NCBI GenBank assembly: GCA_010093605.1
Contig: MU004182.1
Coordinates: forward strand, 1,969,195-2,033,194
DNA: 64,000 bases
Reading direction: 5' to 3'
Source of the DNA: Lophium mytilinum
Taxonomy: Eukaryota
Shown: positions 24,053 to 35,300 of the stretch, piece by piece
How the letters are laid out: the number at the start of each line of letters is the position of its first letter
Numbering within the stretch: position 1 is the first letter of the stretch
Program-made: the position numbers and the translations under genes
Notes under the pieces: model-generated
Seen by the model: only the letters and a program-made list of their open reading frames with translations
What the model was told of the DNA's origin: nothing
Databases searched by the model: none

Positions 24053-26307
24053 CTTGACCGAGGTTCCAGCTGAACTACCTTGCGGCTGGGTATAACGGGA
24101 AGAATAAAGTGAGGTCTTAAGAGGTGTTCCGGTACGGTAGGAAGGAGATGGAGAAAAGGATGGTGGAGATCGAAAGACAAGAAGGGGTTCTATGCCTTAT
24201 GTAGACGACGGAAATTAACAGACTACGGAATACAGAAAGACGGCGGAGGATGGTGAGATGCAAATAGAATCATCTTAGGAGCTAAAGCTTTGCTACAAAG
24301 AGTCCCAACATTGAAAATGGGATATTGATGGTTCCATTAGACGGGAGTCATAGGCGAGAGAGAGATATGGAACGGCCTAGACTCGCTGGATAGGAAACCC
24401 TTGGTCCTACGTTTCGCCTATGGGTGAAGTACGTTAAATTTTCCAAGCTTGGTACACACAAACATCCCAAGGATTTCACAAAATAGCGGCGTCCAAGATG
24501 AAGGCCATGCTCTCTGCATTGTTGAAATCATTTTGTATAAACTTCAACAAATCGAATGAAGATGAATGAAGCAATGCGAACCCATCCACAAAAATGCCCT
24601 ATTATTCAGCGACTTGCCGTCCATTATGCTCGTATGAAAATATGCAAACTAACCCAGCTTGGAAGCTAGCCTTTTGAATGCTGCGAACAATAACATCATC
24701 TGAGATAACTCAACAAGCTTACCAAGTTGTTCAAATCGGTTCGTGCTATTTTAAGCCTTGTGGAGTCCAGCTAACTGTGGCAGCCCGGGTTATGCATATA
24801 TATAGCGCGCGCTGCATCAATAAGAGAGCTTCTAAAAAAGGCACTGGCCTATGCATACATAACGTTCCATTGCTCATCACACTACTGGTGCTTTCAGTGT
24901 CTATCTTAGATTTGTTGAATGTCATATTGTCTATATTTGCGAATCCCGCTAAATGTTGGACGGGACAGGCTTTTTCATGCAAAACATCTGCGTATGACAG
25001 GTCTGGTTGTATCATAGACCCCGCCCTCTCTACTTGTATCAACTGAGCGCTTATGGGTATGCAGTCCTCGACATGGCTTGGTTTGGCTTCATGCTCGTCG
25101 TTGTTGTGAGGAGATCTGTCGTGATAACCGGGCTTCGCTTCAATGAGAAACTCGTAACTTTAGTTTGGTATCCGCGAAGGCGACTGCATCGGCTGCTTAT
25201 TTGCTGGATTGCTCTTAGTCTTCCATGAGACATATCGATCTTGGGCTGAGCGGTGTCGGTTGATCGCAACAAAACCAAATCTGGAATTCAGACGTCAGAT
25301 CAGGGCTCTTGTGTGCCTAGGTGGGTAGCTGAAAGAGGGTCGTTTCGAATGCCTGAGCCTGTGACGACTGCTGAAGCCGATATAGATGAAGGAGGTACTG
25401 GGAAAAGGCAGCAATGCAGGGGTCTCAAGGTCGATCAACTCGTAGCATGCTCGGGCAGAGCTACACCGGGCCGATGACGGCCTCCCCGCACGATCATGCT
25501 ATTGATGGCTTCCAATGCTGTATGTTTAGTACTCGTTATCAGGGCCAACGTCGTGACACGCCGGGCCGGAAAATCAACACCATAGCGTGCTAAGATCTCA
25601 TTGGATGGAATAGACATTTAACAACCACGGTCGGGAAAAACTAGAATTTCTAAAAATTCCCATCGACCATGCTGCCAGGAAATGTCGACCGCGAATATGG
25701 CACGATGATGGAAAGCTTAATGCGGAAGTCTAAATTTACCAGCTGAGCCTATGTTAAGTTTTCTTGGAGTAATACAATATATTTACGAAGCTATATCTTC
25801 TCAGCATAGATCACAGATAAGAACAAAGTAGATGGCGAAAACCAAGTACATCGACTTATTACATAATTGTGCAAGACAAAGCGAGTGAAAGCTGGCCAGC
25901 TGGTCACACGTAATCTCAACGTAGAGTCGAGTAACATCGATTCTTGTCGTCTTCCCCGAAAGGGACGGGGATAACTGCGTTCGTTGACACCCGACAGCCA
26001 TATCACGTTGGGCGGGTTGCGAATCCTTTCCATCAAAGTGACAACTTCAACAGTGACGACGAAAGCGAAGCCCTCTTTGACCTCAATGATTTGCTCTAAC
26101 CACATGTCACTACATCACAGCCAACGCACGAAGGTATCGCAACCCAAAAAAGGACACCCATGTAGCAATACAATAACCTCAACTCTCATTAGGGACAACA
26201 AACTCTAGAGATAGGTAGGGAGGTACGTAATGTTAGGATAGGAAACGTGGAGGTAAAGCAAGCCACCCCTTTCCCTCCCCTTCACACCTCAACCGCATCA
26301 ATCACAA

Positions 26308-29300
26308 TCACCAAATCTGGCCCTCACTTTCTCCCGATCCCGATGCCAAAACTCCACCAACTTCCTTTCTTTCCGACTGTCCCTTTCCCTTCCTCAGCTT
26401 CATCAACCCCCTCCCCTCTGTCCCCGTCTCCCTGGATCCGCTCTGTCGCCCTTCGTTCTGGAGCGGCTGCAAGTCCCACGTCCTTCCGCTGGATATGCGA
26501 CTCAGCGGCCGGATCTGGCATATCTCTACGTCCGAGCGGCTTCGACGGAGGTCCCCCTGGTGTATCAGCGAGGGTTCGCTGGACGCTGGGCGGCGCCGTG
26601 AAGGTAGACTCTCTTCGCTCGTGACGTGGCGAGGACGCGCGGGAGGTGCTCGGTTGGGGGGGCCGAAGGGCGGGCTGCGCAAGGTTGAAGTCTTGCCCCG
26701 AGAGGCGTCTGTTCCATGCGGCGCTGGGCGGCTCGGGGGATGTGGGCTGTTCCCGATGGTGAAAGACTTGGTCGCTGGCGTCTCGGGAGCCGTTTGGGAA
26801 CGCAAGTAGAGAAGCGGTCGCGTGGATTGCGGGTAGGGGCTGGAGGCGTGGAGGCGTTGCTGGAGTTGGCGTTGACGACGGCGGGACATGGATGGGAATC
26901 GAGTCCGAGTTCGAGTCTGAAACGGACGCCGTGGTTGTCGCCCAGCTTGACTCTGTGTAATTTGCTTCCCTTGATCCTGACGCCACCTTTTCAGTCGCTC
27001 CATGTTGACTCTTCCCCTGTCTAGGCTGTCCAAACGCTCCCGTTCCATGCGTAGTCTGCGCATCCGCTCTTGCTCGTGCTGATGGGTCTTGCTTGTCGTT
27101 GTGGATTCTTGGTCCATCATTTGCCGGTAGCTCTCCCACTGTGCCTGAAGGACGTCGTTCGTACGCCGAATAAGAAGGCTTTCCGATTCCTGTGGCTCTT
27201 GGTACATCCAGGGAACTTTCAGTTCTGAGTACGATCCGATGCGAGGAACGATCGGACGAGATACTGGGCTTTGGAGCCTTTTTTCTGAGCCACGCTGCGA
27301 GCGATGCACGTGGACCACGCAATGCTGACGCAGAGGGACCGTGAAATGAGTTTGATTCGGAGGCTGTCTCTGTCGGTCCTGATCGAGGTCCCAGTTCTGT
27401 CGAGGTTCGGGATCCTGGGGTGCTTGAATGTTGGCCTGATGTACCTTTTTCCGCCGCTGTTGCTCGCTCTCCCGTAGACGACGTATGCGACCCTTCTGCG
27501 GATACTCCACTGCTTGGGGCTCCGATTCTCTTGAATGTCTCTGCCGCGGTGTGATACGCTGATCGGAGTTTTGGGACGTCCCTTGCAGATGACCCCGACG
27601 ATTCCGAGCAACTCGATCTTTGGGCAGCAGATGCTCTCTTGACGGATATTCTCTGGGCATTCGATCGTTGGATTTTAGGTCTGCAGTATGAGGAACTCGA
27701 GGAACTCTCTGCCTGTGCACGTACTCTCCCTTGCGATAGTAGTGAGCGATCCGGTCCTGGCCCCCAAGTTGAAAATCTGCGTCTCCATGGATCTTGTATT
27801 TGCGGCTCTGATGTTCGTGATGGACTGGTCGAGTGGAGTATGGCTTGGACGGAAGACTTGCGCCCTGGTTCTTTCTGTGCGGCCGGCCGTGATCCTCGTC
27901 GTTGGACTCCCTTGAGCCCCTGTACATTCGGTACCCTGGTCGACGATCTTCTTGCAGGCCGTACTTCTTCGAATGCGTCATCCGACCCGTCGACTGCCCT
28001 CCTGTAACTCGTTGCACTTGCACCCTGCGCCGAGTCCTCCAACTCATGCAAGGAACTGGTATCCGGAGCACTCGTCGTCGGTGGCTGCGCTGCCTCGCTT
28101 TGCTCTCCTCTCCTGCTATCCCTTGCTGGCGTGCGACGGATTGGTCGTGTTTCTTGGAGCGGCGGAACCAAAGGAATCGTTGGCCTCTTGCAGGTTGAGC
28201 GACTCTCTTCAGATGCGCTCGTTCGTTCTGTTGAAGAGCGCCATGATGACGCCGTTCCTTGACGCGCCTGAGCCCGAGCCATCTGACACGACCTGATTTG
28301 GAACTTTGTTCCAGCTTTGAGACATTCATCTTTGCCTGGCCTGCCCCAGCTAGCTTCCTGTGGCGAGAAAATATCCACAGCTTGCACTTGCGAGCGCCTC
28401 CTGTTTTGCCTTCCTGTGTCACTGGCGCCCTGCGGATGTTCTGCTTGCTCCCTTTCAGGTCTACGGGCTTGACTATACCCATGTGCTTCCTTCGACAAGA
28501 AAAGAGCCTCAGCTTGCGCTTCAGATTCCCTCCCGCTTGGTCTTCTCGAATCCCGTTGTGCTTCTGGGTTTGCCTCGGGTCGACTGGTATGACGGTTCCA
28601 AGGTGACCAGTCCTCTGCGCTTTCCGAATTCTTTTCTTGAAGCATCTCAATGCGAGAGGGTTCCGGGTGGCTCGTCGCCGCACGAACAGGTGGCGATGCC
28701 CCCAACCCATCAAATGACGCCGCTTGGTAACCAGTGGCTTGACGCGATGGAGGTTTAGAGCAAACAGGCTGCGACGTTTGGCCCTGAAGGGACTTGTGAC
28801 GAGGTTCGTCACCAGTGGCAGTCCGGGTTGTCGGAGTCCTTGACGGTACCGACACCCTATGCGCCTTTTCAAGGGCATCTGTCCTTTGGCGACTGGTGGT
28901 AAGGCTTCGAATCGTTGCATTTCTTGACGGCGCCGTTTGTGCTTCTTTGGGGGCTGCTGAACTTTTTCGACTTGCAGTTCGGATCGTTGCACTACGTGAT
29001 GGTGGTGCCGATGATGCTTTTTGTGGAGCTGCTGTGTTTCTTCTTGACCTTTGTTGCGTTCCCCCAGGAGCACTTCCTGGTGCTTGGCCTGGTGCCGCGT
29101 CTTGAAAGGGCTCCTTGTCCCGTGGCCGGTCACGGAAAGAAGGCTTCCGCGGTTGTTCGCTAGGTGGTTGCTGAATTGGCTGAACGTCGGGTTTGGCCCA
29201 TGTGGGAGTATCGCGGATAGGATAGTCCGGTTGGTTGGTCTGAGTTTTTCGTCTTCTGGGAACCGTTTCCAGCGGTATGGGAGGTCCAAGTGATGCCGGC

Positions 29301-29391
29301 TCGCGACCGAGATCTTCCGTTGGGGCTCTAGACTGCCGTCTAGGTCCAATAGTAGGTTCAGTTTCTGCCGGTAATGTAGCTTGTCGTTCAA
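26308..29391 (-). CDS. Candidate overlapping +1-frame ORF (1027 codons, R/K/H-rich; first ATG at 28920)
   Basis: Stop-free for ~3.1 kb on the same strand as the giant ORF; translation not demonstrated. Confidence 0.4.
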   Translation of the reverse strand: MNDKLHYRQKLNLLLDLDGSLEPQRKISVASRHHLDLPYRWKRFPEDEKLRPTNRTILSAILPHGPNPTFSQFSNHLANNRGSLLSVTGHGTRSPFKTRHQAKHQEVLLGERNKGQEETQQLHKKHHRHHHHVVQRSELQVEKVQQPPKKHKRRRQEMQRFEALPPVAKGQMPLKRRIGCRYRQGLRQPGLPLVTNLVTSPFRAKRRSLFALNLHRVKPLVTKRRHLMGWGHRHLFVRRRATRNPLALRCFKKRIRKAQRTGHLGTVIPVDPRQTQKHNGIREDQAGGNLKRKLRLFSCRRKHMGIVKPVDLKGSKQNIRRAPVTQEGKTGGARKCKLWIFSRHRKLAGAGQAKMNVSKLEQSSKSGRVRWLGLRRVKERRHHGALQQNERAHLKRVAQPARGQRFLWFRRSKKHDQSVARQQGIAGEESKARQRSHRRRVLRIPVPCMSWRTRRRVQVQRVTGGQSTGRMTHSKKYGLQEDRRPGYRMYRGSRESNDEDHGRPHRKNQGASLPSKPYSTRPVHHEHQSRKYKIHGDADFQLGGQDRIAHYYRKGEYVHRQRVPRVPHTADLKSNDRMPREYPSREHLLPKDRVARNRRGHLQGTSQNSDQRITPRQRHSRESEPQAVEYPQKGRIRRLRESEQQRRKKVHQANIQAPQDPEPRQNWDLDQDRQRQPPNQTHFTVPLRQHCVVHVHRSQRGSEKRLQSPVSRPIVPRIGSYSELKVPWMYQEPQESESLLIRRTNDVLQAQWESYRQMMDQESTTTSKTHQHEQERMRRLRMERERLDSLDRGRVNMERLKRWRQDQGKQITQSQAGRQPRRPFQTRTRTRFPSMSRRRQRQLQQRLHASSPYPQSTRPLLYLRSQTAPETPATKSFTIGNSPHPPSRPAPHGTDASRGKTSTLRSPPFGPPNRAPPARPRHVTSEESLPSRRRPASSEPSLIHQGDLRRSRSDVEICQIRPLSRISSGRTWDLQPLQNEGRQSGSRETGTEGRGLMKLRKGKGQSERKEVGGVLASGSGESEGQIW

Positions 29392-32300
29392 CTTGGGTTG
29401 CGTCCTGAGCCGGTGGAGTTCTCAAAGATTCCTCAGTGGGCGGTGATTCAGGATCAAGAAACTCATCACTCTCATCCACAAACTCCTGGGGAAGGGACTG
29501 ATTATCTTGGTACACGTTGTCTAGCGCATGCGAATCATCAAGCACAGATTGTCGTCGAGACTGTGCAGTTTCAAAGGACTCGGTTTCTGGCTCTGCCACG
29601 GTGACAGTAGTGGCTCTCGTAGGCTGTCGTGATGCCGCATCCGTTGCACGCCTAGATGGAGCCTCAGCACGAGAGGTTGGGTGTCTGGATACGACCTTGC
29701 TCGGCTGTCGGCTTCGAGAGGCCGGGAGTTGTTCTTCCACATTGACATCTGTGGTAACGGATTCCGGAGGAGGTTCTGCTGGTTGCTCCTCGGGCGGAGA
29801 AAACGTCGTCGACCGTCGAGAAGCTGCTGTCGGCTGCCCAGAAACTCCAATTGAAGTCTCTCTAGAGATTGGAGCGGGCTCAGTTTGCTCAAGCTCGTCT
29901 TCTTCAGGCTCGGGCTCAGCTGTGAAGTTATCTTCGAAAGTCGAAGTACGGCTAGACTCTTGAGAGGTGGGTTCTGAGGGGAGCTCTAGTGGCGTTGCGA
30001 TTGGTGTTTCTTCTTCGTCCTGAGACCAGTACTCGTCGATTGGATCGGACTCCCCAATCTCCTCGCTCAACTCTGACTCAAAGGTGGAATGGCTGGAGAG
30101 CGGGACAGGCTCATCTTCGATGACTTCCTCACGCGTGGTTGGGACACCAGTAGGCTGTCGTGAGACTCTAGTGGCGGCTCTCGGAGGTAGAGGAGGAGGT
30201 TGATCTTCGATTGTGGGTTCTTGATAGATCTCCTCGTCCAGAGAGTCAGGCGCCACAGTCTGGTCCTCATCAACTGCCCATGGCTCGTCTTCTGAATGCG
30301 TGTCCTCTTCCACCTCGGACTCACTTTCCGGCTCCGGCTCCGGCTCCGGCTCACGTACGGCCTTCTTGATCCTCGAATATGGTGTTTTGACTTTTGGGAA
30401 AGAAGTCTCACTCTCGTCTTTGACCGTTGGCTTCCTCGAAAGGGCTGTTGGCTGTCGGGAAACGACAGTAGGTGTCTTTGATAACGCTGTTGGCACCCGG
30501 GATACGAGGGTAGGTTGGCGAGACACGACTGTAGGCTTTCGAGAAGCTAGAGAAGTTTCCTCTGCCTCTGGAATTGGTTCATCCATCAAGGTAGGTTGGC
30601 GAGAGATGACTGTTGGCTGACGAGACACGGCCGTAGGCTTCCGGGACACTGGAAGGGCCTCTTCTAGCTGTGGACCCAGTTCTTCATACGGAAAAGTAGG
30701 CTGCCGAGAAAGTTCCGTTGGCTGGCGAGATGCGACGGTTGGTACCCTCGTTACCACCGTAGGCTTTCGGGACACTGGAAGTGTTTCTCTGTTCGCCTGT
30801 GGATCAGCTCCTTCAAATGCGGTTGGCTGTCTCGAAACGGTCGTTGGATTACGCGATAAGACAGTGGGCGCTCTAGTCACTGCTGTAGACTTCCGGGAGA
30901 CTACAGGAATTTGTTCTTCCGCGGTAGGCTGACGTGAAATGGTTGTTGGCTGCCGAGACATCTTCGTGGCTTTCCTAGACACGACAACAGGCTTTTGTGA
31001 AGCAAACCCGTCCTCGACAACCTCTGCAAAGATTGGTGTGTCTGTGGGGGCTCGAGTCGGCTTTCGGGAGACGACAGTGGGTTGTCTAGACACCACTGAG
31101 GGCTGTCTAGGTGCCAACCATGGAAGACGAGAGCGTCCCGTGGAGACACGTCGTGGAACTTCAGGGCGCTCGGCATCGAGAACTTCGGCGATTTCTTTCT
31201 CAACGGGAGGGCTTGTATCGCGCCGTATCATATCAGCGGCGAACGAAGATTCCCGATCCAGCGCCTTCACTGCCTGCTCGGATGAGAGGTCTTCCAGAGA
31301 TCTGAGCTCATCAAATTGAATGGGTTCTGAAGGAGGCGAATTTATGAACTCCGAACTCGACGCATCGGAGCCGAACTCGTCCTCAAGCTGATCTTCGGTC
31401 ATCTCGATCAGAGTCGGATTCTTGTCAAGTCCTTGGCCCTCTGGATTAGCCTCGATATACTGTTCGACGGGCGACTCTTCGCTGATATCCTCTGGGCCAG
31501 GTGTTGCTGTCGCAGGGGTTGTCGTAGCTCGTCTCACTACTGGCGGAACCGATTCGTCAGAAGGGGTTCCAGAAACAGAAACGCCCAAGTCCAACGCTGC
31601 GTGACTAGGAACTATAGGCTCTCTTTCCAAGACGCTAGGTGTTTTCTCCAGCCTCGTAGGTTCTCGCTCCAACTTGGTCGTAGCGCGTCTGAGAAGCTCG
31701 ACTTCAGGAGCTTGAACCAGAGTAGCTGCTCTCTCGACTGTTGTTGGCACTCGTGTATGAACAGTAGGGTGCCTTTCAAGATTCGTTGTAGCACGGCGAA
31801 CAGGAACCTGTAGCTCCGGCTCGGATTCGTACCTTATCGGCGACTCTGACAGCGGTGCCGATGGAACACCCTCGGATCTAGAACGTCGAGATTCCCTTCT
31901 CTTGACGACAGTGAGTCTTCGAGTTGGTTGCCTCGAGGCGTCTTGCACGGTGAAGGTGTCTGAATCCGTCCGCCGTCTCGTGGGCTGCTTCGATAAGGGA
32001 ATTGTGTAGCTGCCCAATTCACGCGATTCAACGGCGGTTAGTTGTCGTGAAACTATCGTTGACTGTTCTGAAGTGGCGGTCGGCTGTCTCGAGACTACAG
32101 TGGGCTGCCTGGAGACGATGGTTGGCTGCATTGAGACCACAGAGAGCTGCCCAGAGACAATAGTTGGCTTCCGAGAAACGACCGTGGGCTGTCTCGAAGC
32201 CACTGCTGAATGCTCTTCTTCAGGCATGGCCTCGGGCTCAACCTCTGGTGGAGATGGTGTGCTTGTTTCAGGTTGCTCAACTTCCGAGGAAGAGGAAGAG

Positions 32301-35300
32301 GACGCAAAAGCTTCTTCGACGTCTGTCGACTCCGTAGAACTGCTGGAGTCCATAGAACTGCTTGACGAGGAATCATCCTTTTGGACAAGCATCTCAGTGA
32401 AATCATCTGATGGCGACGGCGTTTTGTCGGGGACAATCAGCCTGATCTCGACAACCTCTTCTCTTCCTGAAGTGATCTCATCCTTCATGTCTTCAGAAAG
32501 AGACATGAAGACATCACGTCGCATCCGGTACATCGAAGGGGTACTGGTAGTGGTCTCGGAGCGGGAGAACTGCCTGGCTGGCAAAGGTGCCGCTTCGTTC
32601 GATGGGCGCGTAATCGATCGGGTAACCTGTCGAGATACGGGTTTCGACTGGTGGGGGCCAACGAGAGGGGTCTGATCAGGCTGCTGTTCGGTCGCTTTTC
32701 GCGTGACTGCTCGTGTGACCTGCCGGGATACGGGCTCTGATTCAGGGGCCTCCGATGAGGTTCCAGATGATGAAGACGAGGTCGCCACGATGATGGATTG
32801 TTTGCGACTAGAGGGCGCAACTTCGTGAAAAGTAGAAGCTCGGCGAGACTGTACAATAGGCTGGTCCGCAACCTCGTCGCTCGACCCACCAGATAGCGAA
32901 GATGTCAATCGTAAAGTTTCGTAGCGAGGTTGTTCTTCTCCAGGTACTCTGATTTCGACAACGGTCTCCGGCTCTGACGAACTAGATTCTTCGCCCTCAC
33001 TTCCTTCGTCTTCTTGATCCTCGGCCGTCTCTTCATCCGAAACGTCATCCTCGGTCGATTCGTCTCCAGCAGATTCTTCGCTGCTGGATTCCCAATCTTC
33101 GTCGATTTCTTCGTCTTCCTCAACTTCCTCTCCGGAGGGTTCACTGCTAGATGATTCCAAATCTGGCTCGGATTCCTCCTCTTCGCTATAGTCTTCATCG
33201 ACGTTACTATCTTCAGAAGATGATGAAAAAGATGACACTGAACTTGGCGTCGAGGTGAGTCTAGTGTCGACCCTCGATATAGGTTCTTCCAACACGACAG
33301 AAGTCTTGCGCCTGGTTGGGACTCTACTAACAATCTCGGGCTCTGCTTCAGCCTCAGCTATGGCACCTTCTGGCGATAAACTGCGCATGGTGAGGGTGCG
33401 AGACTTAGTGGAGCTCTTTCGACGAGTCGGTCGTCTCGAGCTCGTTTCTAGCTGTGGCAGGGATGCCTCGACTTCGGGCTGTTCTTCGACCTGAACAGCG
33501 GCAGCTTCGGCGTCCTCTGGCGGCGAAGGGTCCTGCATGGTAGCCACTCGAGATTTAGTCGAGTTCTTACGGCGAGTCGGCTGTCTAGAGACGGTTTCTG
33601 GCTCCGGCACGGGTTCCTCAACCTGGGGTTGTTCTTCGACCTCAATAGCAGCAGCTTCGGCGTCCTCTAGCGGCACAGGGTCTCGCATGGTAGCTGCGCG
33701 AGATTTCGTCGAGCTCTTGCGGCGAGTCGGCTGTCTGGATATGGTGACCGCCTCCGGCAGGAGTTCTTTAATGACAGGCTGTTCCTCAACGAGAGCTGCG
33801 GCAGCCGCAGTACCTTCCGACGGTGAAGGAACTCGCACGGTCACGGAGCGAGACTTGAGGGAGGACTTGCGTCGAGTTGGCCGTCTTGAGATTGCCTCTG
33901 GCTCGGGCAAGGGTTCCAGCTCGAGTTCCACGGGATCGATCGATTCTGTAGTCGTAACCGTTTGAAGGATGAAACCTTCCTCCGGGGGTTGTTCTTCCTC
34001 GTCTTCTTGTTCAGGTTCGGACTCATCTGACGACAAGCTTTCATCTCCGGCTTCTTTGGCTAGCTCATGCGGGAAAGTTGGCGCACGGGATGGCAAAGTC
34101 GTTGGGTGCCTGGTCCGAACCCGGTCGGTTTGCTCAAACTCAGGCTCGAACTCCGGCTCAAGATCTACGGCTTCATCTACCAAGGACGACGAAGATGAAG
34201 CGTGTGAGATTGGCTCTTGAGATGTAGCTTGCCGAGTGGGCTGTCTTGTCGGCTGACGAGACGGAAGCCGTGTCTTCTGTCGGGTCGAGATACGCTCCGC
34301 AGGTTGCGGCTCTTCTCCAGCCGGCTTTAGCTCTTCCTCGGCGAGATGCAACTCTTCTTCAGCAAGTTCAATAGCCTCATCCAAGTCGAAAGACCCTGGC
34401 ATTTTAGCTTTCCAAGTAGATTTCCGGGTCGGCTGCCGGGATGGAAGCTGGGTTTTGCGCCAGGACGGTATCTGTGACACGGTTGGGAAGTCTTCCTCGC
34501 TTGTCTCAACCTCGGAACCTTCCGAAAGTGGATGCGTAACTTGGGGAGTAAGGTTTCCTGTTGGTTGACGAGACGGAAGTTCTGTCTTTTTCCGAGTCAA
34601 AATACGCTCCATAGTCTGCTGTTCTTCCTCGACGTCCACATCAACTACAAGCGTAGCTTGCCGAGTGGGCTGTCTGGTCGCCTGACGGGATGGAAGCTGA
34701 GTAGGGGCGCGGCTCAGCGGTCGCGGTTCGTCCTCAACCTGTACAACAGGCGCAGTCTCAGCCGAAATAGGCAACGTAGCTTGCCGAGTTGGCTTACGAG
34801 ATGGAAGCTGAGTCGGAACACGGTCGACAGGTAGCGGCTCTTCGTCGACATTAACCTCAGCTAGTAACGTAGCTTGCCGAGTGGGTTGTCTAGTTCCATG
34901 GCGGGATGGAAGCTGAGTAGGAACACGGCTCACGGGTCGCGGCTCGTCCTCAACTTGTTCAACAGGTGCAGCCTCGGCTGACGTTGGCAACGTAGATTGT
35001 CGAGTTGGTTTACGAGATGGGAGTTGAGTCGGAACACGCTCGACTGGCAGCGGCTCTTCGTCGACAGTTGTCTCGATGGGTAGCGTAGCTTGCCGAGTAG
35101 GCTGTCTGGTCGGCTGGCGGGATGGTAGCTGAGTAGAAGCACGCCTCACAGGTTGCGGCTCGTCTTCGACTTGTTCGACAGCTGCAGCCTCAGCTGACGC
35201 TGGCAAGGTAGCTTGGCGAGTTGGTTCACGGGATGGAAGCTGGGTCGGGATACGCTCTACAGGTAGGGGCTCTTTCTCATCTCGTTGAACAGCTGCAGCC

